Shown in pieces: positions 49,597 through 62,763 of a stretch of DNA of 64,000 bases. The notes beneath the pieces are model-generated. The model searched no databases. It saw nothing but the letters and a program-made list of their open reading frames with translations, and had not been told where the DNA came from. Origin of the DNA: Podarcis filfolensis (Eukaryota); NCBI GenBank assembly GCA_964270895.1, contig OZ185436.1; one strand, given 5' to 3'. A program made the translations under genes and the position numbers. Each line of letters starts with the position of its first letter. Position 1 is the first letter of the stretch.

Positions 49597-52500
49597 TTCT
49601 AAGTTTTCAGTGGTGAACCAAAAAAATAGGGGTGCATATATCTAGCCATGTGCAAATCTGTAAAACATTAAGAAGAAACACTGTGCCCAGGATCATCCCC
49701 GAGAAAGGGTGGATGAGTGTGTCTTCCTGGTACGCAATTTGTTTAGGTTCACAAGTGATAATTTTTAGGAACTACTTTGTCTCTGGCAAATGAATGGCTG
49801 TTGCTATAAACAATTATGTGCAAGCATTATACGCCAAAGGCAAAACAACAACAACTCTGCTTCACTTCAAAAACTAGGAATGACTATTTGACCTGTAAAA
49901 GTATTGAAGCTGTAGTTAAGAGGTATAATAAAAAGTAATTGCAAGTGCTTTTAAAAGACACTGCTTTTAAATGTAATATTAAATTATCCCAAATGTGGCC
50001 AGCTTAGTTTTGCTCATTGTCTCCTCCCACTTGCCTTCCCCTTCCTGAATTTGCAAAGGTCCGCTGCCTAAAACCGTCTCCAAATGCAGAGATTGGCAGA
50101 GCTATTATGGAAGTAGCAGAAGCAACCTCTACCCTGGGAACAGGATACAACACGAAGAGTCCATTCAGCAGGCTGCATAAAGACAACAAGGAACAATTAA
50201 TGAATTAATAAGCAAAATACGAAGGCCTTTGGCAGAGATGTGCCAGTGCTGGCACAGCCTCAATGATGTTAACTTAGAGCAGATGGTTAATTTCTGCTTT
50301 TTGTACACTCTATCAGCCGTTTGTAATATGCCACGGGCCCTAGTTATAAAAATATGAAAAAGCCACCAGTCTGGTTGTGTTGCACATTCTGGGAGGAACC
50401 ACTTTAGAGCAAAACGCGCTTCCTCTGGCCTGAGAAGAGATACGCCATAGACTAAGGAAGCCCTGTCCAACCTTTGTATACATAGGAAAAACTTGGTTGG
50501 TTTGGAAAGCACAGAGTCTGTTTGATATGGCGATCAATCTCACAATCTTTAGATGCCAGTGAATAACCAGGAGGACAGGCACTTCCCTCTTGAGTTAGCA
50601 TAGGATATCCCAGCATTATGATACAAAGTAGGGTTGCTCTCATTACGTGCTAGTAGCTGCCAATGGCTACGATTTCTATCCAGTAAAAAGAACTTGGGGT
50701 GCCACAAGCAGCTGGTGATGCGAGCAGCCCTCCTGATACCGAAATTGCTGCATCTTACCTGGGTGTGCTGAGGGTGAGGCATAGCAGCAGTGAGGTTGAG
50801 ACCACACAGATGGATTGGCTCTGCCAGTTCATCCAGGAAACCTCAATCTTGCTGCCGTCATGCCCCATCCCAGCAGCATCCAGGTAAATTACAGCAGTGG
50901 CCCAGCATTGCTAGCATACATGCTAGCAAATGCTACTGCTTGCCTTTAATGGGATAACGAGGTTGCCATGATGATAGCTGATTACTAGGAAAGAAGCCCA
51001 ACATATTTACTGAGGATTAAACTCTGTAAATGACATTAATCTCCTGAATAGTTGCTAAACCTGTGCAAATCAGATTTTTTTTAATATAATCAATTGATAT
51101 TGGAAAAAGAACCTTATTAAATGAAATTAAATGCTAATTTCATTCATTTAAAACAGTACGAGATTTCCTTGCACATTTATTCCTTGCTTCAGGCAAACAT
51201 CTGTGTATATGCTAACTTAAATCTGTTTATCAGACAACTCAAAAACAAAATGTATTTTCCCAAGGAAAAATAACTACCTAATAGAATCATTCTTAGAACT
51301 CAGTATTACACTTTTTATTTGTTTCTTGGCCAAGGATATTAAAACATTTCCCCATATTTAGAATGATATCCTGCTCAGAGGGTTATCAGTGCCATGTTCT
51401 TGGCAACAGTTAAAAGATTTTGGCTGTGGTCCTGAAACTGATTTACCAGTGAGTAAGTCCTCTTGAGTTCAGTAGGCATTACTTCTGAGTAGATAGCTAT
51501 AGGACTGCATTGTTATGCTACAGCCGTACTCCTGTTTACATGGGAGCCAGCCCTGCTGAGCATATTATGACTCACTTTCTTCAAAATAAACATTTGTAGT
51601 TTGGGCAATTGAACCTGAAATGTAATGCAAATATTATTGTAGGAAGAAGATATCAAGAGCCATCTAGAATTAATGTATCATTAGGGTGAGCTGCATTTGC
51701 AAGGCAAGTTTGACCAGATTCCTCTCACACCCGGGGGTGGAGGTGGGGAGTGGGTTTTGAAAGGAGGGGTGTATCCATGTTGTTTTCATAAGTGAACACA
51801 AAAATACATAGTTCTGTGTCATTAAAATAGATTATTTGACATTTGCACCGTGCCCCGTTCATGCTGGCATGCACCAAAACAGGGCAGCTATTGTGGGCAC
51901 ATAAGGGCAGGAATGTGTGGAAACGCCCTTGTGAGTTGTTTCTAGTCTTATCTAAGCTCTTTTGGCTTCTCTAGAAGTTCCTCAGGTGTTTCACTCGAGG
52001 AAGAACCTCCCCAAAAAAATTGCTTCGGAATTTTGCTTGAGGGAAAAACCCAGTGACAAACTCAGGATGTGTGCAAACACCCTGAAAAATGTTGCTAGTC
52101 TTATCTAACTTGTTTGATTGCCATGGAAGTTCCTCAGGTGTTTTGCCCAACCAGAAATGCCCATATTTAATTGAAGCATGGTTGTGGGTGAATGTTGAAG
52201 CATGGTTGTGGGTGAATAAAAAATCAATCTTCTTATATCATGGGGGCATAATGGCTGAGTTTAGACATAATGGTAAACTATGGTTTTGTATCACACGTTT
52301 GAGCCTCAGGCTCACTTATTCCTTCCCCTCTTTACTTCTGGCAGTGATAGAAGCTTTTGCTTCCATTTTCAGTCAATAGGAACTCTTGTAAACTTTATAT
52401 TTAATGGCAGATGCTCATTTATGAGCAAGGGCTGATACCACTGATGGTGGAGAAAATAACAATTGCATATAACCATATAATTTTGATTATTCCATTTTCT

Positions 52501-53362
52501 TTTGAGCCTATGGCCTAGCTAGACTGAATAGGGCTGTGCCTGCCTACCTTTTACAGCACAGAACTAGTGGCTTTTAGGTACTATATGTAGAAACTATGTT
52601 GTTAGAATCTATGGTGGCCATTGTATGCATGAAAAGAAAATCAGCTAGGCATAGCAATTGTGATTAATCTGGAATTGTTTGAAAGGGGATATTAGGAGAC
52701 ATTTAATGAATAGGAAAATTAGTCAAAGTCTTCATAAAGAAAGACATTGAAAAATGGTTATATGTAATCACATTATATGATGCGGGCTGATCTGAAGAAC
52801 TAAATGATTTTGATTGGTTCAGGCTGATGACATTGTGTTGCAACTACTGAGATGGTTGTGATCCTTTGAGTGTTGAATAGAAATCCCGTGTGCAATCTGG
52901 AAGCATGTAAGAAACATTGATGTGGGTGTGGTTCTTTGCAACCCCCTTATTTTTGAGGCTGTTCCTATATTTAATCTCTCTACAAATAAATCAGGGTGAA
53001 GACTCCATAAGCACCTTATCTGGAAGCATCCAGGTAGAGCTGAAGAGGGCAAATGGCAAATACAAATGAGCATTTTATTCTTCGTGTTCCCACCATAATG
53101 TAAAGTACAGTAAATAATGTATGGCGGTTGCCAATACTACAAGGTAAACATGACATCTGAAATGCTGCCTGGAGTCACAGAACTGGCAGTAACTGACTTA
53201 CTATGTGCCTCATAACTGAGCATACATCAAAGGGGCCATAAAGAAATTATGAGGCAGTACGCCCATGCTGAGGGACTGAGACAAAAAAGACTTCTCCTGT
53301 AAATGTGTTTCCCTGTTTGGTTGGGGGCTCAGAAGCTCTTTGCTTCTTTTATTTACCATAAT

Positions 53363-53509
53363 CAGTGTTTTTTTCTGGGGGGGACGCAGGGGTATGCATA
53401 CCCCTAAACATTTAGTGAATCTGAGTTTGGCCTCATTGAGGGGCAATATTTCAATATGAGTAGGAAATTGAGAGTACCCCTAAACATTTTTTAAGGAAAA
53501 AAAGCACTG
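53363..53509. mobile_element. hAT MITE (147 bp) with perfect TSD
   Basis: TIR cagtgtttttttt / aaaaaaagcactg; TSD accataat on both sides. Confidence 0.9.
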
Positions 53510-53691
53510 ACCATAATGTTTTTTAAAAAACAAAAAACCACTCAAGATGAGCAAGGACAGAAAATTATTGCTGTAACCTCTCATCTTGAAACTGAAAGCC
53601 CTATTTTTCAGTCAAGAGAAGCAGACACATGATTGAAGGAAAATGGCAAGATCCTTAAACATCTGTTTATTATTTCTGAGATTTGTAAATG

Positions 53692-53885
53692 CATAGGAAG
53701 CTGCTTTATACTGAGTCAGACCATTGGTCCATCTAGCTCAGAAATGTCAACAGTGACTGGCAGTGGCTGTCCAAAGTTTCAGTCAGGGTTATCTCCCTTC
53801 CCTACCTGGAGATGCCAGGGATTGCACTTGGGGCCTTCTGCATGCAAAGCAGGTGCTCCACGACTGAGCCACACCTCTTCCCCTA
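53692..53885 (-). mobile_element. tRNA(Ala-like)-headed SINE
   Basis: 'cataggaagctgctttatactgagtcagaccattggtccatctagctcag...ttctgcatgcaaagc...ctgagcca'. Confidence 0.85.
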
Positions 53886-54459
53886 CAAGAACTGAGCCCG
53901 GGGGGTGTTCAGGCTGCTGCATCAGCAGCTGCTTGTGAATAGTGTCTAAGGCTGCAGCCTATATGCTCTTTCCTGGAAGGAAAGTCCCATTGAGTTCATC
54001 TGAATTTACTTTGGAGTAAACATGCACAGACGTGCAGTGCAAGTCGTACCTGATAACATGAAATCCTCATATCAGACCTCTGCATTACTACATCAGTGGC
54101 TTTCTCACAGCAAGGAAAGAACTTGCTATGCCTAAGCAAATGTTTTTGACCACAGTTCAGGGCCAATGCATAATGTGCATGACACGTGAAATAACCACTA
54201 CATGCTGACCACTTTATAAATTGCTCTCATAGTGGCTTTCTTCACATAGCAAGTTGTTCATGCTCAGGAACTTGTAGGTTTGTCATACATCAGGAAAATT
54301 CCTGACATGTCCTAGTTTTGGGGTGTAAAAATGGCATCAGAGTGGGGCAGGGGGAGGTTTCAGGTGCACACACTGAACTAGAGAAATTCTGTGTATATGT
54401 GTTTCCCATTATTATGATTCATCTTCCACTTTTTGGTGTCAAAGGCCTTGGGTCACACC

Positions 54460-54879
54460 TAGGGATGGGCAAATCCATAAATCTCAGTTTCCCACTCTTA
54501 AGATCAGTTCACCACATTTTCCACATCAGTTTGCTCTTTTTTTTAAAAAAAAGGGCCTCCTGAAAATTCACCAGCATTTTTGTGCAAATTCCTCGTTCTT
54601 GTAAGCATTCCTGACAAATAAACACATTTTTGCAATGCAATTTCTTCCTATATTATGCATTTCTATATGCAGTCTTTCCTAATATATGCATCTTTAGGCA
54701 CACTTTCACTTAGAACATGCATTTTTGTACACCTTGCTTGGCTGGAGAACGGCATTGCAAAATTCAGAGAAGTGCAAAGGAGGCTATGTTTCCATTTGTG
54801 CACTGCTTTTCAAAAGCAGTGCAAATTAGGAAGATGTACCTTTAAATGTGAACTGAATTGAATTTCTCCCTGTTTCCTA
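54460..54879 (-). mobile_element. ~420-bp hAT-like MITE (opposite orientation to 30931, 40945, 43080)
   Basis: Begins tagggatgggc and ends 'ttaaatgtgaactgaattgaatttctcc...tttccta'. Confidence 0.65.
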
Positions 54880-56167
54880 TACATAACATATGGGCCTGGT
54901 GCTCACAGAGCTCACTCTGCAGTCCTTTGACTTATAGAACCTGCAGGCAGAGGAACAGTGTGATTTGGTCAATATAATTAATGGAATGTCACTGGCTGCT
55001 TTTTCCCTTCGTTGAATTATAGCTGATATTATTTTAGATGGAAAAGGGGAAATAAGTGATCTCTGGGTAGAATTCAGACCAACGTTCCATCTGCAAAAGC
55101 ATTGTCAGGCTTCTTTCTCCCCCCCCCCCACATGCTGCTCTGGGTTCTCTTGACACCCCCCATCAAGCCAACTTAGGGGGAAGGGGGAAGAGAAAGCCTC
55201 ATTGCACAAGAGGGAATCCTTGCACAAGAATAAATTTGGTAGCATGTTAGTCACTCGTAGAAACACATATACTTTTCCAGCACCTGGAAAACTAATAATC
55301 ACCGCATGCCTTGGGAAATGGCCACACAGCACAAACTTTTTGAATAAATGTGACCTAGTGATTAAGCATTAAAATCTACATAGTACCCTACATTCTGTTG
55401 TCCAACTCCTTGTATTCTTCTGGGGCGCTGTGCATGTCGGTGACTGCACAAGTATCTGCATGTAAAGCAATTCCTTGGCCTCATTATACTTGTTAGCTAG
55501 ATGACAGCCATGCAGGCAGACGGCAACTAATGTTCAGGAATAGTTTGATTTGGTGGAGTGAAGCGGCAGAAATCCATCACCATACCAATGGAGTCAGGAT
55601 TCAAACTTTACACTGTACAATACTGGGGTGTGGTGAGGAACTGCTCATATAAAAATTGTTCTGTTCATTAGATATAATATTGAATTTGGAAGCCACATGG
55701 GAAAGAAGGTGTATGGCTTTAACAGGAAACCAATATCTAAGTCTGCCATCTTTGATTGTTGAGCCTATGTTCAAAGCCGTAAGTACTAGTCCCATAATAT
55801 TATATTATATATGTGGTTAGATGCCTGCACCCCCCCCCCCCAAAGTCACCAGAATTCCATTGACTAGCTGGCTTGACCAGTCTAGCTCTCCAATTCATTC
55901 TATTAAACTTGAGAATAGGAAATTTATTTTGGTTCCCTCAGGAGCCAAAGAATAAAAATCAGGAAAGGCTAGCCACCATCTTTCCTTATGGCTTTCCAGC
56001 TTGGTAGGAGAGCCCCTTTCCCCAGTTAGTGCCCAAATAAATTTAAATTGCTAAATATTTGCAAAGCTTGGCATATGATTTTGCTTCTAGTTCTGAAACA
56101 AGAAGCGAAATGCAAGAAAAGATGAACTTCTTTGGTGGCAATTCTTCTAGTCATGCCTGTCTCGTTG

Positions 56168-56317
56168 CATCCTTCCGCAATCTGGTGCCCTCCAGTCCAG
56201 ATGCTGTTGGAATAGAGCGTCCATCTTCCCTGGCTATTGGCCATGTTGGCTGAGCTGCTGGGAGTTGAGAGTCCAGAGTCCAACAACATCTGGAGGGCAG
56301 CAGGATGAGGAAGGCTG
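56168..56317. mobile_element. hAT-Charlie-type MITE with small internal duplications
   Basis: Ends catccttccgcaatctggtgccctccag / ctggagggcagcaggatgaggaaggctg. Confidence 0.75.
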
Positions 56318-58002
56318 CTGTAGGGAATTGCCCTGCCTTGTTCACCTTGTCATTGCTTCCTAATTATTTGCTATAGTCTTTGATTTTACTAATCTTGGAT
56401 GGCTAATTTAGTCCCAATGCTCTGGTTTTAGTTCTTGCCCATTGCATTAGATTTGTTCCAGATTATTATCTTTGGTCTGGGTCTGAGCCAAACTTTGGTG
56501 ATCCTGCCACTGTCATCATCTTTGTAATCTCTTCAGAGGCCAAACTTCCAAACAAGAAGAAACAAAAAAGCAGAGTTATATAACAGGATCTAAGTAGCAT
56601 TCATCTGGTTGCTGATTGCTAAGCAAATGTATGGATGTCACCTTTGGTCCAAATGTCAGTAAGCGTTTGGTATGCAGAATAGGACATGGGAAATTTTCTG
56701 GAGAACTGTTTATTTATTTGTGAAATAATTTCTACGCCATCTTTTGGCTCCACATGGGGCCCCCAAGGTGATTCAAATGAGAAAGGTTACCCAAGACAAG
56801 GGCTTCAAGTATATAATTACTTACTGTGTATATAACGCCTTTAACTTGTGGTGCTTTACAATCCTGATTGTATCATTCCCTCGTGGTGAAGTTCTGTGAC
56901 GCAGTCATAATTTCTCTCCATTTAACAGGTGGAGAATTGAGGCTAAAAGCATGTGAATTGTCAAAACTGTAATGAAGCTGTGGTAGAGATGGCCTTTCAG
57001 ATTCTATTTCTCTACTCACTTGATCTTAACTGTGTTACAGAAGATTCTAGAGAGTTCTATCCCGCATTTTAATACAAAATGAGGTATGGCAGATTACTGA
57101 TTCCTTCCGTTCTACTCTCAATGGGGCATTTCCATTCTTGTATGGCAGTGCTTCAAAGCCATATTTCCCTCTGTCTCAGTCAATCAGTTTAAATTTCTAT
57201 CTAAAGTTCTATAGTCAAATACTATAACGTTCTATATTTATAACGCTTCCAAGCCGTCTATAGATGGAATCTTCCATGTTTATTATGTAACTGCCATATG
57301 TTTCGGTAAATTTTAACTGAGCTGTGAGACAGATAGGGCAAGGGACAGAGACTGCAGGATGAGCTGGCATGACAAACTGCAGATAGACACATATCTGGGA
57401 GGTTGGGGAGACCGCAACCAAGCATCACCATCACCATTAAGCTGATTTCATTGTTTTTAGCATTTTGACATGCACGATGCCAAGGACCTTTTTGGAAATG
57501 TTTTCATTATGTCCTTTGTTGTCCACAGTGATCTGCGACACTGTCTCCTTCTGCGAGCCCCTCTGCAGATGCTGCTGTGTCAGAATGAGAGCATTGTCCA
57601 TTTGTTTGTCCTCTCCTTGCCCCTCCTTGTTTAACTCTTCCTAATCTTTTGGAACAAGTGCCAAATGGGATGTTTTGACATCTGATCCTTGGCTGAACCT
57701 TCATTTTAGTTAAAACCATCCCAGGCTGTTTTCATTGATCTCTTTGTTCCGCTTGTATCCTGGATTTCCAAAGAGCCGCATTTTAATCCAACAGAAGCCA
57801 TGTGAGGTAGGCCATGCTGAACTCTGATCCTCCACCCTTCCCTTCCTGTAGGCCCAAAGCCTCCCACCACAGTGCTGCCCTCCTTGCCAATGTACAGATA
57901 AATAACCAAAAAGTGCTCAATAAGAAAGGAAAGAGGTATCAATTCATGTATATGCATGTGTGAGCCACTCCTCTGATCGGTTATACTGGCTTTTTTATAT
58001 TA

Positions 58003-58178
58003 CTTACTACATTTATGTCCTATCTTCTTCCAAGGAGCTCTGGGCAGTGTACACTTGGCATTTTCACTGTCACAACAAGCCTATGAGGTAGGTTAGCTTG
58101 AGTGAGGGTGATTGGCCAAAGGGTACCCAATGAGCTTCATGAACCCTAGTCTAGCTGCTCCTAGTCTGACTCTTCAAC
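58003..58178 (-). mobile_element. MIR-related squamate SINE
   Basis: 'acaacaagcctatgaggtaggttagcttgag...attggccaaagggtacccaatgagcttcatg'. Confidence 0.65.
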
Positions 58179-58179
58179 C

Positions 58180-58558
58180 CAGTGGCAGGGAACCTTCCTC
58201 AGTGCAGAGGCCACATTCACTTCTGAGGGCCATATGCCAGTGGTGAGTGGGTAGAGCAGAGCAGAGCAAAATTGGGCAGAGCAACATATGCAATTTTTGC
58301 CTTGGTACAGTAGGCTGGCTTCTACACACACTCATACACCCTTCTCTATTCTCCATCCAGGTAAGCAATGGGCCTTCTCAGAGTTCAAGGACACAATCCA
58401 GGCAGAAACTGTTGGAAAAAATGCCCCTGGGAAGGGTGCCAACATGTGGGGTGCAAAGCAGAACTAGTCAAGGGTGTGGCCTGGGGAGGGTCCTGAGACC
58501 CAGATACAGAAGACTGGGGGACCACATTTTCCCCTGGTCCTGAGTTTCCCCACCTCTG
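58180..58558. mobile_element. hAT-Charlie-type non-autonomous element (379 bp)
   Basis: Ends cagtggcagggaac / gtttccccacctctg; TSD cttcaacc / ctttaacc. Confidence 0.75.
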
Positions 58559-59504
58559 CTTTAACCATCACACCAGGCTGACTCTCTATTCTTACCATCA
58601 AGCCACACCTCCAGACTGTTTCCCTCCCCAGTAGCTGCCACCCATTTGGTGTTCACCTGTCTCTTTCTATGAATTAATGACTGATTGAGTAGGCAGCCAG
58701 GACTGGGTGGATACAACCATAAATATTGTTTGTTGAATGGCAATTAGGGTATGAAATTGCTTGCATTTGTGGTTTAGTTTTTCCTCGCATCTTGTATAAA
58801 CTATTGAAATGTCAGATCCTAAGCATTTCAGCTTTCATTACTCACTCGTTAAATGTTCTGACGTGCACTTTGAGCTCTCTCCCATGGCAATGCTCATCAC
58901 AGAGACACCGTCCTGTACCCAGCTTCAAGGTCACCTCATCATCTCCCTTCAAATCTGTCTTCACCGCTTTCACTTGCTGACCTGTCAAGTACCTAAAAAA
59001 ACACACTAACATTGACAGTACTTAAGTGGCTGATGTGCTTGTGCCTGGTATGTCTAATAGCCTTACAATGCAATCCTGTGCATGCCTGCTCACAAGTAAG
59101 TGCTATTGAGCACAGTGGGATTTACTCCCAGTATACAATTTGATCCATAATGCCAACACACACACAAACACTTTATTATTGTCCTCCTAATGCATTGAGT
59201 TATAGCAGCAAAAGTATTCAGATTTGGGTGGAGAAACAAATCAGGTATGGTAAGCTGTGTAGAAACTGGCATCCTGCTTAGTCAGCTTGTAAATGAAACC
59301 GAAACAGACACGTGAATATAGATGTCAGGTGTGGCAACAAGTCAAGTGGTTCAGGCACTTGACTGCATTCCTGAAGCTTGCATGCTCAAAGATAATTCAT
59401 GGGTCTTGCATTAGAGTGACTCGAGTCTTACATTAAATGCCTGTAGTCCACCAATCTGTGAATAAAGGCCTCATGCATTGTTGGAGTGGTCAACAGATCA
59501 GATA

Positions 59505-59730
59505 CAGTGGTACCTCGGGTTACATGCGCTTCAGGTTACAGACTCCGCTAACCCAGAAATAGTGCTTCAGGTTAAGAACTTTGCTTCAGGATGAGAACAG
59601 AAATCATGCTCCCGGGGCATGGCGGCAGCAGGAGGCCCCATTAGCTAAAGTGGTGCTTCAGGTTAAGAACAGTTTCAGGTTAAGAACAGACCTCCGGAAC
59701 GAATTAAGTACTTAACCCGAGGTACCACTG
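59505..59730. mobile_element. Tigger-like MITE (inverted relative to 5555 and 31925)
   Basis: TA-cagtggtacctcggg ... cccgaggtaccactg-TA. Confidence 0.9.
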
Positions 59731-60848
59731 TACCGAGAAACTGAAAGAGAAAAGCAGAGGGAACAGGAATCACATGTATCTTACACTTCCTTTTTCTATG
59801 TTTTACTGTTTCATCCAAAATAGAACTCTTGCATCTTTTGTACTATGGCTGACAGGTCGGAAGCTTGTGCTTTTCCGTAGAGAAGACATGAACACTATTT
59901 TGGATGAGATGGGAAAGCACAAAGGCAGAATGAGCAAGGCACTTCCACATTCCGGCTGCATCAGCATCACATCTGAAGCTGCTCTCCATGAGCTCAGAAA
60001 CATACTATACGTAATACTAACTCACTCTGATGTAATTACATTGGGACACTGAGAAACTGGGAATATCTCTCTGCATTTCCAAATCTTATGTACAAACTCC
60101 ATGCGTGGAAATGGAACTTTTCATTAAATGAATGCCTTTGATCATTGGATGTTGTACTTCATCAATTACCTAGGAACACATGGGATTGTGGTTGGCTTGA
60201 TAGTCGTCTCATGTTGAAAGATGACCCACATTCAGCTCTAAGCCCAGGGAAATGTGTACAAACTACTAAGTATTAGGTTGCTTAGCACTGGGTTGCCCAA
60301 TCAGCTTAAGGATCAGGAATCCAAAAGATCTGCAGGATCCGCTTAAGTTGTGGCAATCGAAGCAGTGACTTTTGTACTGTGGTTGAAGCACCAATCTGTT
60401 TCTGAAAGGAACATCCCCCCTACACACATGCACACCAGCCTCCTTGCCTTATTCTCATTTGAAGGTGATGCTTCTTTGATATGAACACTGTTCTTTGCAT
60501 CAGCTAGCTCCTTGTTGAGAGATTGTCACATGGAACTATGGTCTATTTATTTAATTTATTTTTTGGCTCTTTTTTTCAAAGCTTCCGATCTCATGTTGAC
60601 CTGAGCAAGGTAGCTCAGATGCTGGTATGGGGCGTTATCCAAGTAAAGGGTTCTGTTGGTGTGAGTCCTTTTGACTGTGCAGTGGAACTTCCCCTTCCTC
60701 TCCTGTCCCCAAATGTCCCCATGCATCCTGTATCTGTTGTGGGTTTCCCCTTAACCATACGGAGCAGCTTTAGGGGACAGGAGAGGGAGGAGATGTTCTG
60801 TTGTGCAGCCAGAAGTGCTTATACTAGCAGACACATCCATGGTCTTTA

Positions 60849-61037
60849 CATAGGAACACAAGAAGCTCCCATATGGAGTCAGACCATTTGTTTAGCACTG
60901 TCCACACTGAGTGGAAGTTGCTCTCCAAGGTTTCAGGCAAGGGGTCTTTTCTCGTCCTATCTGGAGATGTTGAGGATTGAACTTAGTACCTTTTGTATGC
61001 AAAGCAGATGCTCAACAACTGAGCCACAGCCCTTCCC
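60849..61037 (-). mobile_element. tRNA(Ala-like)-headed SINE
   Basis: Same family as 53692. Confidence 0.8.
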
Positions 61038-62642
61038 TTTTCTGGATGAGTCTGAGGTGGATTCTCATCAGATTGAGGATATAGCTTGCAACCACCCATA
61101 CAGGACCAGAAAACAGCCACATATGGGAGTCATCTCTTTCTCTGATACTTCCTCTCCATTTTTATTTTTGAAAACCAGACTAGTTTCTGGAGTAACTGCC
61201 AGGCGGGAGGGGGAGTCCTCCTTCTTTTAACTACCGTTTCACCAAGGACTGTGAGCCATCAAAAGTTCAGAACTCTTCAGGGGGAAATAAAAGATGCAAT
61301 TCTCCACCCCACACACAGTCGTAGTGCAATACAATGTTTATTTGTATTTTTTAACAGCTTGGGCAATACTTCTGAGTGGGAACAGATGTAACAACGAAAT
61401 TCCATCTTCAGCTGCTCAGTGGGATTCTGTTTTCAACTTCATCAAACAAACTCTTTTCCATCCCAGAATGCTGATTTTGGAACACAGTGCACATCTGTCC
61501 AGTGTACGGGGGAGGCAATTGGCAGAATTTGGGAAACTGATGAACAGCATCATTACAATGCAACCCACAATGGTTACAGAGGGACCATAATAATGATTTC
61601 ATTCACATCCTGCAATAGTTTTACATTTAAGCATAGAGTAATCCCACCACCTTGGTGGAATTACCTAATGAACTGTTTTGTAAGATCACTGTGGGGGGAG
61701 TATTTTTGTTAACAGAGAAAATACCTCTTGGTTCATCTTAAATTTACATCCTTTGACATTAGAGCTGAAAATAATTTGTAGGAACATTATAAGGTGTATT
61801 TTTCTAAGAAGAAAATAAAATTTCAAATTATCCTCCCTAGATTTCTCACCCACTATTCCCATTGTTCTTTGTTAAAGATGCATTGATGAGTTTTGAATAA
61901 AAACAAGGTGCAATAATAATGGCCTATCCCAAGAGTAAGTTAAGTCATGTTGGGGCACCTTCATACTAGTGTGGAGATCTGACATTGGAAATATTTTATT
62001 CAAATAGGTTGGTTCACAGAGTAATCCCAACGTAAATGTTATGCACCACCATGTATGGATCACAGCCAGGTGGCATGCAAATAAAGCTCATTATGGTTGG
62101 ATCAGCCCAAAGAAGAACACCTGCAAATTTTGGAGCAGATTCCAGTGTAGGGGAAATTAAAAAGAGCAGTCCCTCGCTACATGCAACTCAAAATGCAACT
62201 TGCTTGAATTTCACACCTTGCCACATTCTCCTTCATCTGGAATGTCTGTAGAGCAGGGACATGACTCCAAGCTGAGCTCATAGGTCTAACTGAAAGGACC
62301 AGAGCAGTTGTTATGGGCTGCTTTACAGCTCCCTCTCTATGTTGTAGCTCCCTCTCTATGTGGCAGGCTGCTCAGGTACAGCAGCCCAGCACATGGATCT
62401 TTCCCAAAGCACTGTAAATAGTCCCACTCGCCTTGTCTGTAGCAGCATGGAGGAAATGATATTGTGAGTTGTGGCATATAATTGGCTGACTGTGGAGAGG
62501 GAGCCAAGGAGTGATGATTCTGAGTGACCTCTGTGTAGTGACATTAATGTGTATTGACCCAAACGTGCATAGGCTGAATTAGAGATGTTAGAGCATTCTG
62601 ATGGAAACAGAAAAAGAAGCTGAAATTTCCCCAGTTCTCATA

Positions 62643-62763
62643 AAATCATAGTTAGAAGGGACCATAAGGGTCATCTAGTCCAACTCCCTGCAATGCAGGA
62701 ATCTTTTGCCCAATGTGGGGCTTGAACCCACGACCTTGAGACTGAGTCTCATGCTCTACCGAT
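62643..62763 (-). mobile_element. tRNA-Lys-derived SINE with CR1 tail (slightly 5'-truncated)
   Basis: Close relative of 39850-39991. Confidence 0.8.

Noticed and set aside
57529-57645. Cys-rich open frame after 'gtccacag'
   Set aside because: No LIM spacing, no good donor, and it ends in a stop.
58809-59009. 'HRFHLLTCQV' resembling the ABLIM first LIM domain (HFHIRCFTCQV)
   Set aside because: The other zinc ligands and the upstream exon sequence are missing; the similarity is coincidental.
60523-61230. Longest ORF (235 aa)
   Set aside because: It runs through an antisense SINE (60849-61037), has no recognisable domain and no exon-like boundaries; it is a chance ORF.
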